33,539 bases of DNA from Thermoflexaceae bacterium. GTDB lineage: Bacteria > Chloroflexota > Dehalococcoidia > Tepidiformales > Tepidiformaceae. Location: NCBI GenBank assembly GCA_043741475.1, contig JAYUAG010000008.1:1-33539 (forward strand). The letters are read 5' to 3'. Shown in pieces: positions 8,920 through 16,986 of the stretch. The notes under the pieces were generated by a model. That model was not told the DNA's origin. It saw only the letters and a list, made by a program, of their open reading frames with translations, and searched no databases. The position numbers and the translations under genes were made by a program. Each line of letters starts with the position of its first letter. The stretch's first letter is position 1.

Positions 8920-10088
8920 GAGGCCCCGGTACGGTTCGTGCGATGCCAGTCGGATGGGCCTCTGCGGAGGGCCACGGCGGCGAGCACCAGGAGTTTGTGG
9001 ACAACGAAACGCGGCACATGAACGAGCGAGCCGAGGCTCGCGAGGGGCACGCGCGCGGCGACCCAACCGACCACGACGGAGGCAGCCAATACGGCAAGCG
9101 CCACCGAAGGGAACACCAGCAGACCGCCCGCAACCGCGGTGAGCAGCACCGCTACGGCGCCGGCAGCGACGAGCAGGGTAAGGGGAAGCGAAGCTACCTC
9201 CAGCGCGCCGGCCGCGGCGGCGAAGCGCCCGCGTCGCGCGGCTCCGGCGGCGGTCGCGAGCGCGGGGCCGGCCAAGGCGAAACGTCCGCCCTCCCAGCGC
9301 CGGTCCTGGACGCTCGCCGAGTGGTAGTCGCCGGCCATGTGCCCCCAGACCGTGGCGCCCGGCGCGAAGCGGACGGCGATGCCCCGGCGGGCGAGCGCGA
9401 GGGTAGCGGCCGCGTCTTCGGTGATCCCGGCGCCACCGAAACCGTCGCGGATGACCTCCCAGCGGAAGGCCATGCCGTTTCCTTTCAAGCCCATGCCCAG
9501 TCCCAGGCGGCTCGCGCCGAGAGGGCGTGACCAGTGCACGAGGGCGAAGGCGAGCGAACGCAGCTGGGCGAGGGGAGCCGCTGCGGGGGCGACCGCGTAG
9601 TGCACTTGGACAGCGTCGGCGCCCCCGGCGATGCGCGCGGCGATGGCGCCGTAGAACGTGGACGAGACGGTGGTGTCGGCGTCCACGACGGCGACCACAT
9701 CGGGCGGAGATGGGCGCTGGCGGAGGTGGTCGAGCGCAAACTCGAGCGCGTGGCTCTTGCCGCGGTTCGCGGGGTCGACGCGCTCGACGACCGTGACACC
9801 TGCGCCACGAGCGACCGCGGCGGTGGCGTCGGAGCAGTTGTCGGCGACGACGAGGACTTCGGGCCGCGGTTGCCAGGGCGCGGCGGCGAGGCTAGCGAGC
9901 GTGCGGCCGAGCATCGTCTCTTCGTTGTAGGCGGGGACGATGACGGCGATCGAGAGATGACCGCGAGTGAGCGCCGCAGCCGGGCGGGGACGAGGCAGTG
10001 CGGCCGCGGCGAGAACCAGCCACCACAGGCCGTGGATCAGGACCAGGGCGCTTAACGCGGTCGCGATGACGACAAGGAGTGTGGTCAA
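8916..10088 (-). CDS. Membrane-embedded family-2 glycosyltransferase with processive-synthase motifs (PgaC/IcaA/NodC/BcsA-like)
   Basis: One N-terminal hydrophobic helix and about 3-4 C-terminal helices flank a GT2 core. The core carries, in order, VPAYNEE, ADNCSD, DADT, GNGMAF, TED (GITEDAA) and QDRRW (QxxRW). The TTG start at 10088 overlaps the upstream stop (TTGA). Confidence 0.85.
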   Translation of the reverse strand: MTTLLVVIATALSALVLIHGLWWLVLAAAALPRPRPAAALTRGHLSIAVIVPAYNEETMLGRTLASLAAAPWQPRPEVLVVADNCSDATAAVARGAGVTVVERVDPANRGKSHALEFALDHLRQRPSPPDVVAVVDADTTVSSTFYGAIAARIAGGADAVQVHYAVAPAAAPLAQLRSLAFALVHWSRPLGASRLGLGMGLKGNGMAFRWEVIRDGFGGAGITEDAAATLALARRGIAVRFAPGATVWGHMAGDYHSASVQDRRWEGGRFALAGPALATAAGAARRGRFAAAAGALEVASLPLTLLVAAGAVAVLLTAVAGGLLVFPSVALAVLAASVVVGWVAARVPLASLGSLVHVPRFVVHKLLVLAAVALRRGPSDWHRTNRTGAS

Positions 10089-11314
10089 GGGCCAGCCTCC
10101 ACCGCAAGGTTCGTCAACACGAGCTCCGCTACTGCTTCGGGGCTGGCCGGGGAGCCCATGTTCGCGGCGCGCGGGTCCGGGCCGGATTCGGCGCGAATGA
10201 TCGCGGCGAGGCGCGAGACAAAGGCGTCGACGCCCAGGGTGCGTTCAGCGGCGGCGCGGCCGGCGGCGCCGAGCGTGCGGCAGAGCGAGGCGTCCGCGGC
10301 GAGCATTCCGAGCGCTCTCCGGAGCCCTACGGGGTCGCCCGGAAGCACGTAGAGCCCGGTGTGTCGCCCCATCGGATTCGCGTCGCTTTCGCCGAAGAGC
10401 TGGGGGCCACGGCTGAATGTAGCAGCCTCGTCGATGCTGCCATCGGCGCGCACCAGCGGCCCGGCGACACACTCGCGCTGACCGCGCGATGCGGTCACGA
10501 CGACTGGCAGGCCGCAACTCATGGCTTCGAGGATGACCGTGACGCCGGATTGGTTGGGCACATCCTGGAGCGGCACGACGACAGCGGTGGCCCGGCGATA
10601 GAGGTCGCGGAGCGCGAGATAGGGAAGCGGCTCACCCACGAAGGCGACGTTGGGGGGCAGCGCGGCGGCGGTGGCGGCGGAGCGCGCCCAATGGCTTCCG
10701 GCGGCGATGACGAAGGATGCGTCGCAGCCGCGAGCCGCTTCGACAAGGGTCGCGTAGTCGCGGTTCTCGGCGCCCACAGCGACGAACAGCGGCGGGCCAG
10801 GCGGCGGTGTTTCCGGGCCCGTCCAGTAGTGGGTATCGACCTGGTAGGGGACGAGCGCAGTCTGCCAGCGGCCCCCGGGGGCAAGGGTGATGCGGGCGCG
10901 CTGTTCCACGCTATGGAGCACGAGCGTGCCCGGCGAGCCGAGGCGGGTGGCGACGCGGAACAAGGCGCGTTTCCAGGGCGGGCTGACAAGGTGCCCAAGC
11001 ATCACAACGCGGACTCCGCGGCGGAAATGAACGGCGAGCGCGAGCAGTGTCGGGAGACCGTTATGTTCGCCGTCGGCGAAGACCACGTCGCCACGCCGGG
11101 CGAGGGCGGCGGTGTGCCATGCCTGGCGGACGTGAGGGCCGAAGAGACGGCCGCGCACCCCCCGGCGCCGGGCGGAGGCTCGCTGGTAGACAACGTGGCC
11201 TCCGATCGCGTGGGCGAGTTCGAGGACGTCCCGCCGCGGGCCGTTTTTGGAGAGCCGGATAGCGGCGTCCCGCGTCAGGCTGACCATCACCCAGGTCCTG
11301 GAGGGGCGGGCCAT
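10085..11314 (-). CDS. Glycosyltransferase family 4
   Basis: The GT-B C-terminal domain carries PLFVAVGAENRDY and NQSGVTVILEAMSCGLPVVV (EX7E region). ATG 11314 overlaps the upstream TGA by 1 nt (TGATG). The first 92 codons of the 501-aa track ORF are Arg-rich and rejected. Confidence 0.85.
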   Translation of the reverse strand: MARPSRTWVMVSLTRDAAIRLSKNGPRRDVLELAHAIGGHVVYQRASARRRGVRGRLFGPHVRQAWHTAALARRGDVVFADGEHNGLPTLLALAVHFRRGVRVVMLGHLVSPPWKRALFRVATRLGSPGTLVLHSVEQRARITLAPGGRWQTALVPYQVDTHYWTGPETPPPGPPLFVAVGAENRDYATLVEAARGCDASFVIAAGSHWARSAATAAALPPNVAFVGEPLPYLALRDLYRRATAVVVPLQDVPNQSGVTVILEAMSCGLPVVVTASRGQRECVAGPLVRADGSIDEAATFSRGPQLFGESDANPMGRHTGLYVLPGDPVGLRRALGMLAADASLCRTLGAAGRAAAERTLGVDAFVSRLAAIIRAESGPDPRAANMGSPASPEAVAELVLTNLAVEAGP

Positions 11315-12360
11315 CAGGCGACCTCGCGCAGCAGCGAGAGGACGGCGAGGGCGTTCGCCTCCGCGTCCATCTCCATGTAGGCGGCGTCGCGGCCGGCGAG
11401 TCCCATGCCCACGCGCAGCGGGCGGTCGTCGATCAGCCGGCGAAGGGCGTCGTGCAGCGCCGCCAAATCGTCGACGGGCACGAGCATGCCGGTCACGCCG
11501 TCGCGGACGGTACCGCTGTTCGAGCCAACAGGCGTGGTGATCACGGGGAGCCCGGAGGCCATCGCCTCTTCGATCGCGACCGAGGTGCAATCTCCGCGAG
11601 TGGGCAGGCAGAAGATGTCGGCAGCGCTGAAGGCGTGGGTGAGTCGCTGTGTTCCCGGCCGCACACCGTGTTCGACGCGCACGCCGGGCGCATCCGGGAC
11701 GGCCGCTTCGGTGACGAGCACCAGGTCAGCGCGTGCCGCCAGCGGGCGGAAGGCTTCGAGCAGGAGGTCGCCGCCCTTGCGTTCGAAGTCACCGCCAACG
11801 AAGAGAATCGTCGGCCGTCGGGCGGGGGCGGGGCGGGGAATTCCGAAAAATGCACGCGGCGCGCCCGGTTGGACCACCGTGATCCTCGAGCGGTCGACAG
11901 CGTAATCGTCTACCAACGAGTCTGCCGCCCAGGTCGACCAGGCGACGACCGCCGCGGCTTCGCGGAAGACGCGCCGGTAGAGTTGCCGCTTCATCGCCTC
12001 AAGAGGAGCGGGGGCGCGGCGGTGGCGATACCAGCGGCCCATGCCGTCCACCTGCGCGGGAGTGGCGTCGATGCTGACGACGTAGCGCCGGGCAGGGCTC
12101 TGGGGAGCCGCCAGGGATATGGTCGATGTGTGGAAAAGGGCGACGTCAGCGCGGCGGGGGAGGCGGCGGAGCTGGCGGCGAGCGTCGAGGCTTCCGTGGA
12201 GCGCCCAGGGCGTGCGGCTGCGCGATGGCGCCGGAAACTCCACGCGGATGACGCTGCACTCGCCGCCAGAGGCGGCCAGCGCGGACTCGATATTTAGCCC
12301 GTGGGCACGATGGCCGAGGGTCTGTTCGAGGCACAGTGCGAGGCGCGGGGAATCACTCAT
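11314..12360 (-). CDS. Glycosyltransferase family 4
   Basis: Motifs are ILFVGGDFERKGGDLL and TRGDCTSVAIEEAMASGLPVIT. ATG 12360 is preceded by the SD-like sequence AAGGGAGA. The upstream 87 codons of the track ORF are not credible. Confidence 0.85.
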   Translation of the reverse strand: MSDSPRLALCLEQTLGHRAHGLNIESALAASGGECSVIRVEFPAPSRSRTPWALHGSLDARRQLRRLPRRADVALFHTSTISLAAPQSPARRYVVSIDATPAQVDGMGRWYRHRRAPAPLEAMKRQLYRRVFREAAAVVAWSTWAADSLVDDYAVDRSRITVVQPGAPRAFFGIPRPAPARRPTILFVGGDFERKGGDLLLEAFRPLAARADLVLVTEAAVPDAPGVRVEHGVRPGTQRLTHAFSAADIFCLPTRGDCTSVAIEEAMASGLPVITTPVGSNSGTVRDGVTGMLVPVDDLAALHDALRRLIDDRPLRVGMGLAGRDAAYMEMDAEANALAVLSLLREVA

Positions 12361-12473
12361 AGTCGTCTCCCTTCGCAGCCGGGCCGGCCGCGGGCGCCCT
12401 CGCGATAGGCTCGAATGTAGGTCGCGGACGTTGAGGGCCGGTGGATCGCCGGTTGCCGGGCGGCGAACGCCCG

Positions 12474-13463
12474 TTACCTGGTGGGTGTGGGCGCGAGCTC
12501 GTGCGCGAGGGCGAGAGCCGGAGGCGTAGCGCGCGCCTTTGCCAGAGCAGCGCCGTATTCGAGGTCGTAGACGAGGCTGAGGGCGCGAATCGACGGGTGT
12601 CGAACACCGAAGGCGAAACACGCGCGGGCGGCGAGGAGCGCCGCCCGTACGGCCGCGGTCCGAAGTCCGCCGGAGAGGAGGGCGCGGGCGAGCCTCGCCA
12701 GGCGGCGGCGCGACCGGCGCTCCCCATCAATCGTCGAAAGCCAGCGCATTTCCGGGTGCATGCGGTCGAGTGCCACATCGAAGCGGGCGTAGTCACGAGG
12801 GATGCGCAGCCAGCTGGCGAGCGTGCGATCGGCGTAGTGCCAGCCGCGAGCGTCCTCGGCGAAGACGAAGCGGTGGCCGGCGTGCGAAAGGCGGAGGGCC
12901 AGCTCGATGTCTTCGGCGCGGGTGAAGGTCTCGTTGAAGCCGCCGACGGCAACGATGCTCGTCCGCGGCATCACGGCGTTGCCGGTGAAGACCTGGCGCC
13001 AGCCGGGGGGATAGATGCTCGAAGCCATTCGCTCGTATTCGCGGGCGAGGGTTGCCGCTTCCCACCAGTTCCAGGGAGTGGGCCGCCAATCGCGCGGAGC
13101 GAGGAGGGGGCCGAAGGAGACCAACGGCTCCAGGGATGACGTGTGATGGGCGAGATGTCGCTCCAGCCAATCGGGCGCCGGGTCGACATCGTCGTCGGTG
13201 AAGGCGATTAAGTCGGCCTGGCTGGCGGCAACGCCGAGGTTGCGGGCGTGGGCGGGACCGCCGCCCGTCCGGCCAGTGGTGAGAACCGTCAAGGGAAACG
13301 GGTAGTCCCGGCGGTCGAGGCCGGGCTCGACGCGGGGCGTGCTGCCATCGTCGACAACGATCACACCGAAGTCCGGAGCGGACTGGCGGGCCAATGCTGC
13401 CAGCGTCCGCTTCAGGCGAGCGTGGCGGTTGAAGGTCGGGATGACGATATCCACGCTTTTCAT
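12474..13463 (-). CDS. Glycosyltransferase family 2 (soluble type)
   Basis: The N-terminus is VDIVIPTFNRHARLKRTLAAL, followed by VIVVDDGS, GPAHARNLG and FTDDDVDP (DxD). There is an ATGA overlap with the upstream Wzy-like gene at 13460-13463. Confidence 0.9.
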   Translation of the reverse strand: MKSVDIVIPTFNRHARLKRTLAALARQSAPDFGVIVVDDGSTPRVEPGLDRRDYPFPLTVLTTGRTGGGPAHARNLGVAASQADLIAFTDDDVDPAPDWLERHLAHHTSSLEPLVSFGPLLAPRDWRPTPWNWWEAATLAREYERMASSIYPPGWRQVFTGNAVMPRTSIVAVGGFNETFTRAEDIELALRLSHAGHRFVFAEDARGWHYADRTLASWLRIPRDYARFDVALDRMHPEMRWLSTIDGERRSRRRLARLARALLSGGLRTAAVRAALLAARACFAFGVRHPSIRALSLVYDLEYGAALAKARATPPALALAHELAPTPTR

Positions 13464-14899
13464 CGGTTACCGGCTACTGGCGGCTGGCGCAGGGCCAAAG
13501 CGAGCACGACCGCGCACGCGACCGCCGGACGCACGGGCGGGAAGGTCAGATCGATGGTCGCGTAGACGGCAACCATCACAAGGATCGCGGCGAGGATGAC
13601 CGCAGCGGGCGGCACGTCCCGCCAGGCCGAGGCCGCGCGGCAGGCGGCGATGCAGCGGGAGACCGCAATCAGCCAGGCGCCGGCGAAGACGGCGAGGCCA
13701 ACCACGCCCATTTTTAGCCAGAGCCAGAGGAGGTTCTGGTGGGGCGTGTAGTGCTGGAGCGGCCAAAAGTCGAGGGCCGGCAGCTCTTCCGCCTGGGCGA
13801 AGGGCCGCCCGAAGCCGACTCCGAAGAGCGGGCTATCGTCAATCGTGACGGCGAGGTTGCGGCGCTCGATCTGGCGGTACTGGTCCGAACTGGCGTCGCG
13901 GTCGGTGGGGTCGAACTGGGAGCGGACGGCCTGGGCGGGTTCACCGATTGCGCCCGCGGAAACGTCCCAGAAGGCCTGCAGGTAGACGGCGAAGAACAGG
14001 CCAGCGGGAAGGATGATAGCCGTAAGCAGGGCAGGACGCCTGGGGAAGAGCAGCCAGGCGGCGACAATGAGTCCGGCGAACATCACGAGGATGCCGCTGC
14101 GGCGGCCGGTCATGGCGACGGTGGCGGCCATGAAGGCGGTATAGGCGAGCAAGAGCAGGCGCTCCCTGCCGGTGCGAGCCCGCAAAAGGAGCACCGCGCC
14201 AAGGACGACCCCGGCGGCGAGGAAGAGGCCCGTTTCATGGCCAAACCAGGTTTCGCGAGGAATGCTGGTTGCGCCGCCGTGGAGGTCCGCCAGGTAGCGG
14301 GTTGCAACGAGGAGTCCGAGCGTACCGGTCGTGGCGAGGCCGAGACGCAGCGCCCCGCGGGGCGCGAGGCCGCCGCTCCGCCAGAACGCAGCAAACGCGA
14401 TGACGGCGAAGATCAGGCCGCGGGCCTCGTGGTAGACAAGGTTGGATGGGCCGCCGTGGCCAAGGCCATAGACCATGCCCGCAAGCAGCAGGAACGGGAC
14501 GGCGATGACAAGGACGGGCAACCGCCGGCCGCCGGCCGCCGGCTTCATGCGGATGAACACCGCGCAGGCGGCGATGAGGAGGAAGACTTCGAAGGCGCTT
14601 GTCTTGAGGGGCAGCTGGGACTGGATCGCCGGGGTGAGGTTCCAGAGGAAAGCGGACTGGCGGCCGGGGACTCCGACGTTCGCCGTATCAACCACCAGTA
14701 CGGCGGCGAGGATGCCGATGAGGGACGCGCGGGGCCGGGCCCAGCAGAGCGCTACCGACAGGAAGGCGACCGGCACAATCAGCGCGGCCGGCCCCACGCG
14801 GGCGACAAGCAGGGCAGCCGCGACCGCGCCGAAGCCAAGGACGCCCGGGGCGAGGAGTGCGCCCGCGGACAGTCTCGGGGCGGGCCGGAAACCCGGCAT
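13460..14899 (-). CDS. O-antigen ligase / Wzy-type polymerase-like integral membrane protein
   Basis: About 480 aa with at least 10 hydrophobic helices throughout and a larger loop near the C-terminal third (QFDPTDRDASSDQYRQIERRN), as in O-antigen ligase family proteins. I chose ATG 14899 because the preceding 36 codons are Arg/Cys-rich. Confidence 0.75.
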   Translation of the reverse strand: MPGFRPAPRLSAGALLAPGVLGFGAVAAALLVARVGPAALIVPVAFLSVALCWARPRASLIGILAAVLVVDTANVGVPGRQSAFLWNLTPAIQSQLPLKTSAFEVFLLIAACAVFIRMKPAAGGRRLPVLVIAVPFLLLAGMVYGLGHGGPSNLVYHEARGLIFAVIAFAAFWRSGGLAPRGALRLGLATTGTLGLLVATRYLADLHGGATSIPRETWFGHETGLFLAAGVVLGAVLLLRARTGRERLLLLAYTAFMAATVAMTGRRSGILVMFAGLIVAAWLLFPRRPALLTAIILPAGLFFAVYLQAFWDVSAGAIGEPAQAVRSQFDPTDRDASSDQYRQIERRNLAVTIDDSPLFGVGFGRPFAQAEELPALDFWPLQHYTPHQNLLWLWLKMGVVGLAVFAGAWLIAVSRCIAACRAASAWRDVPPAAVILAAILVMVAVYATIDLTFPPVRPAVACAVVLALALRQPPVAGNR

Positions 14900-14904
14900 G
14901 GCGG

Positions 14905-15051
14905 TCACCCGGCCACCCCCACGGCGTACCAGGCAGCAATCGCGAGGAGCGCGCCTGAGAAGGCAAGCAAGGACTCTGACCTCACGACACGGCGAAGGGG
15001 CGTCCACGCGAGAGCCATGGCGACGGTGAGCAGGATGACCACGATGATCAT
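14905..15051 (-). CDS. Small (48 aa) two-helix membrane protein, unknown function
   Basis: Sequence MIIVVILLTVAMALAWTPLRRVVRSESLLAFSGALLAIAAWYAVGVAG. ATG 15051 is preceded by GAGGTGA at suitable spacing. Third-position GC is high, as in neighbouring genes. It fits exactly between the ATPase stop (15056) and the Wzy-like start (14899). Confidence 0.5.
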   Translation of the reverse strand: MIIVVILLTVAMALAWTPLRRVVRSESLLAFSGALLAIAAWYAVGVAG

Positions 15052-15055
15052 CGGG

Positions 15056-15847
15056 TCACCTCGGGAGAGACAGGAGCCGGTCCACCCAACCGGGCACACT
15101 GGAACGCTGACGATTGAGGACGACCCCGAGGACGTTGGCGTCGTGGAGGAGCTCGAGCGTCCGCTCGAGCTCGCGTTGCGAGGTCTTACCTGCACGCGCG
15201 ACCACGATCACGGCGTCGCAACGGCTGGCGAGGACGGCCGCATCGGTCGCCTGGAGGACGGCAGGGAGGTCGATGACGACGAAGCTGTTCTCAGCCTTCA
15301 TCTGTTCGATCACGCCGGCGAGTTGCTCGGAACGGGCGATGCGCGCGCCATCGATGCGGGTCACGCCCGCAGTGACGACGGTAAGGGGCGCGCCCCGGAA
15401 GCGGCGCGAGACATCGCCAAGGCTGGCACGATCGGCGAGCACGTCGGTGAGGCCCGGGTGGCCTTCGAAGCCGTATTCGCGGCCGACGCTGTGGGTAGCG
15501 AAGTCGCCGTCGAGGAGCGTGACCTCGGCGATGAAGTCGTGGGCGAGGGTGCTGGCGAGGGCCATGGCGATCGTACTTTTGCCATCCCGAAAATCTGGGC
15601 TGGTGACGCCGATGACGAGCGAGCGGATGCGTGGCGGCTCGATCATTGTCTCACTCGATCCGCCACGCATCGCCTTGAAGCCGCGGTTGGCGGCCATGGG
15701 CGAGAGGCTGGAGGAGATGCGGTCGTGTCCCGCGGGCCGCGAAATGCGGAGGACGTGGCGGTTCAGATCGCTGATCCCGGCCATCACCTGGATGGCGCGC
15801 AGGGACTCCTGGAGTTGCCTTTGAACCTCGCGATCGGCGACCTTCAT
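15056..15847 (-). CDS. CpsD/CapB-type (BY-kinase-like) P-loop ATPase lacking a C-terminal tyrosine cluster
   Basis: It has a Walker A-like motif VIGVTSPDFRDGKST, a Walker A'-like motif TLLDGD and a Walker B motif FVVIDLPAV, with MinD/ParA-like organisation. ATG 15847 forms an ATGA overlap with the Wzz-like gene. There is no Tyr in the last ~40 residues. Confidence 0.8.
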   Translation of the reverse strand: MKVADREVQRQLQESLRAIQVMAGISDLNRHVLRISRPAGHDRISSSLSPMAANRGFKAMRGGSSETMIEPPRIRSLVIGVTSPDFRDGKSTIAMALASTLAHDFIAEVTLLDGDFATHSVGREYGFEGHPGLTDVLADRASLGDVSRRFRGAPLTVVTAGVTRIDGARIARSEQLAGVIEQMKAENSFVVIDLPAVLQATDAAVLASRCDAVIVVARAGKTSQRELERTLELLHDANVLGVVLNRQRSSVPGWVDRLLSLPR

Positions 15848-16920
15848 GACGCTGCCCGCTCTTTGACGGGATGAGGGGAGATGGAGGCGGCGACGCGGCG
15901 GGCGTAGTCACGGCGCACGAAGCCGGCCCAGCGAAGGGGGGTGTAGCGGGCATATGCGGCTGTGGGCTTCAACTCGGGCACGTAGCCAAGAAGGGCGACG
16001 TCCAGGCTGACGAGGTCCTCGCGGCTGCGGATCGTGTGGTCGGAACGGTAGCAGAGGTAGAGATAGGCTGCGGCGATGATGACGCCGAAGAGCAGCGCCG
16101 CGAAGGGATAGCCGAGGCGCTTGAGCAAGGGGATACCGAGCGGCGCTCCCGGAAGCGCGGGAGCGTCCTGGACGGAGAAGGTCACGGTGGAGGTATTGGT
16201 CGACGACGCGGCTGCAAGGAGCGCGTCCTGCTGAGACTGCACGAGCCTGTCGACGAGCTTCTGGGCGTTCTCCACACGGTCCGCAAGGCGCAGCGACTCG
16301 GGCGTCGGCGTCTTTTCCGAGAGCGGGTTGAGTTTGGTATATGCGGCGGTGTCCGCCCGAGCCTGGGCAAGGTCCTGCTGGGCCGCAGCGACGGCCTTCT
16401 CGAAGTAACCGAGGACGACGGACGATTCTCGCGCGCGGTCCGCGGCGATGCGGGCCTGGTATTGGTTGAGTACGGCCTGGACGATACGTTGCGCCTCGAT
16501 CGGCGTCCCGGCGCTGGCTTTGACGCCCACGAGATTGGGGCCAATGACGATCGCGGCGATGCGGCTGCCGACCGCGTAGGCGGCGCCTGACCGATCGGTC
16601 GCGGAAGCGTCCGGGGCGACGACGCCAGCCTCGAGGGCGACCGCCTCGCGGAAGGCGAGCGTGGCGAGAAGGTCGTTGAGGACATCGACCTGGCGTTTGG
16701 CGGGGGTGTCCGTAGCGCTCGACCGTATCGGCGGCGTCGAGGTTTCGAGGGCGGCGACGGTCGACACCCAGACCGACGCCGTCGATTCGTAGACCACCGG
16801 GTGGTGGACGAGAACGACCACGGCGGCGGGGACGGCGATGACCGGGATGAGGGCGATCCAGAACCGCCGAAAGAGCGCCTCGATCAGTTTCCGGGGGATG
16901 ACCGAGACCGCAGAATCCAT
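15844..16920 (-). CDS. Polysaccharide co-polymerase / chain-length determinant (Wzz/GumC-like) protein
   Basis: An N-terminal TM helix (FWIALIPVIAVPAAVVVLV) is followed by a long Ala/Gln-rich, probably coiled periplasmic region, then a C-terminal TM helix (FAALLFGVIIAAAYLYLCY). It lies directly upstream of the kinase-like ATPase. Confidence 0.8.
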   Translation of the reverse strand: MDSAVSVIPRKLIEALFRRFWIALIPVIAVPAAVVVLVHHPVVYESTASVWVSTVAALETSTPPIRSSATDTPAKRQVDVLNDLLATLAFREAVALEAGVVAPDASATDRSGAAYAVGSRIAAIVIGPNLVGVKASAGTPIEAQRIVQAVLNQYQARIAADRARESSVVLGYFEKAVAAAQQDLAQARADTAAYTKLNPLSEKTPTPESLRLADRVENAQKLVDRLVQSQQDALLAAASSTNTSTVTFSVQDAPALPGAPLGIPLLKRLGYPFAALLFGVIIAAAYLYLCYRSDHTIRSREDLVSLDVALLGYVPELKPTAAYARYTPLRWAGFVRRDYARRVAASISPHPVKERAAS

Positions 16921-16927
16921 GGGTCGG

Positions 16928-16933
16928 AGATTA
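16928..16933 (-). promoter_or_regulatory. Candidate -10 box TAATCT, 7 nt upstream of the Wzz-like ATG (leaderless-type geometry)
   Basis: An AT-rich TAnnnT hexamer sits in the GC-rich 66-nt gap. No Shine-Dalgarno sequence is present and the -35 is poor. Confidence 0.3.
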
Positions 16934-16986
16934 GCTACGGGATGTTGAGTGAACGTGGAGTGGACGCAAGGTGGCGGCGGTCGCCG

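Noticed and set aside
10079-11380. A 433-aa plus-strand ORF.
   Set aside because: It is antisense to a GT4 gene with a clear EX7E region. Its Gly/Arg/Glu-rich low-complexity translation marks it as a shadow ORF.
12361-12473. The 113-nt gap between GT2 and GT4 as an internal promoter or terminator.
   Set aside because: It contains only short GC hairpins (GGGCG-gcgaa-CGCCC and CCGG-caa-CCGG), no U tract, and no convincing -35/-10 pair. I could not support a specific call.
6554-12621. Long N-terminal extensions in the ORF track (for example 6554-8098, 7804-9066, 10085-11590, 11314-12621, 3236-4552 and 13460-15007).
   Set aside because: The extensions overlap the preceding gene out of frame and are Arg/Pro/Cys-rich. 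Internal ATG or GTG codons give canonical 1-4-nt stop/start overlaps and normal family lengths.
13739-15874. A 711-aa plus-strand ORF, the longest ORF in the window.
   Set aside because: It lies entirely antisense to the Wzy-like, small-ORF and kinase-like genes. Its composition (G/E/R/A/D-rich, no motifs) is the typical shadow ORF of GC-rich DNA, whereas the minus-strand products have clear TM and Walker motifs.
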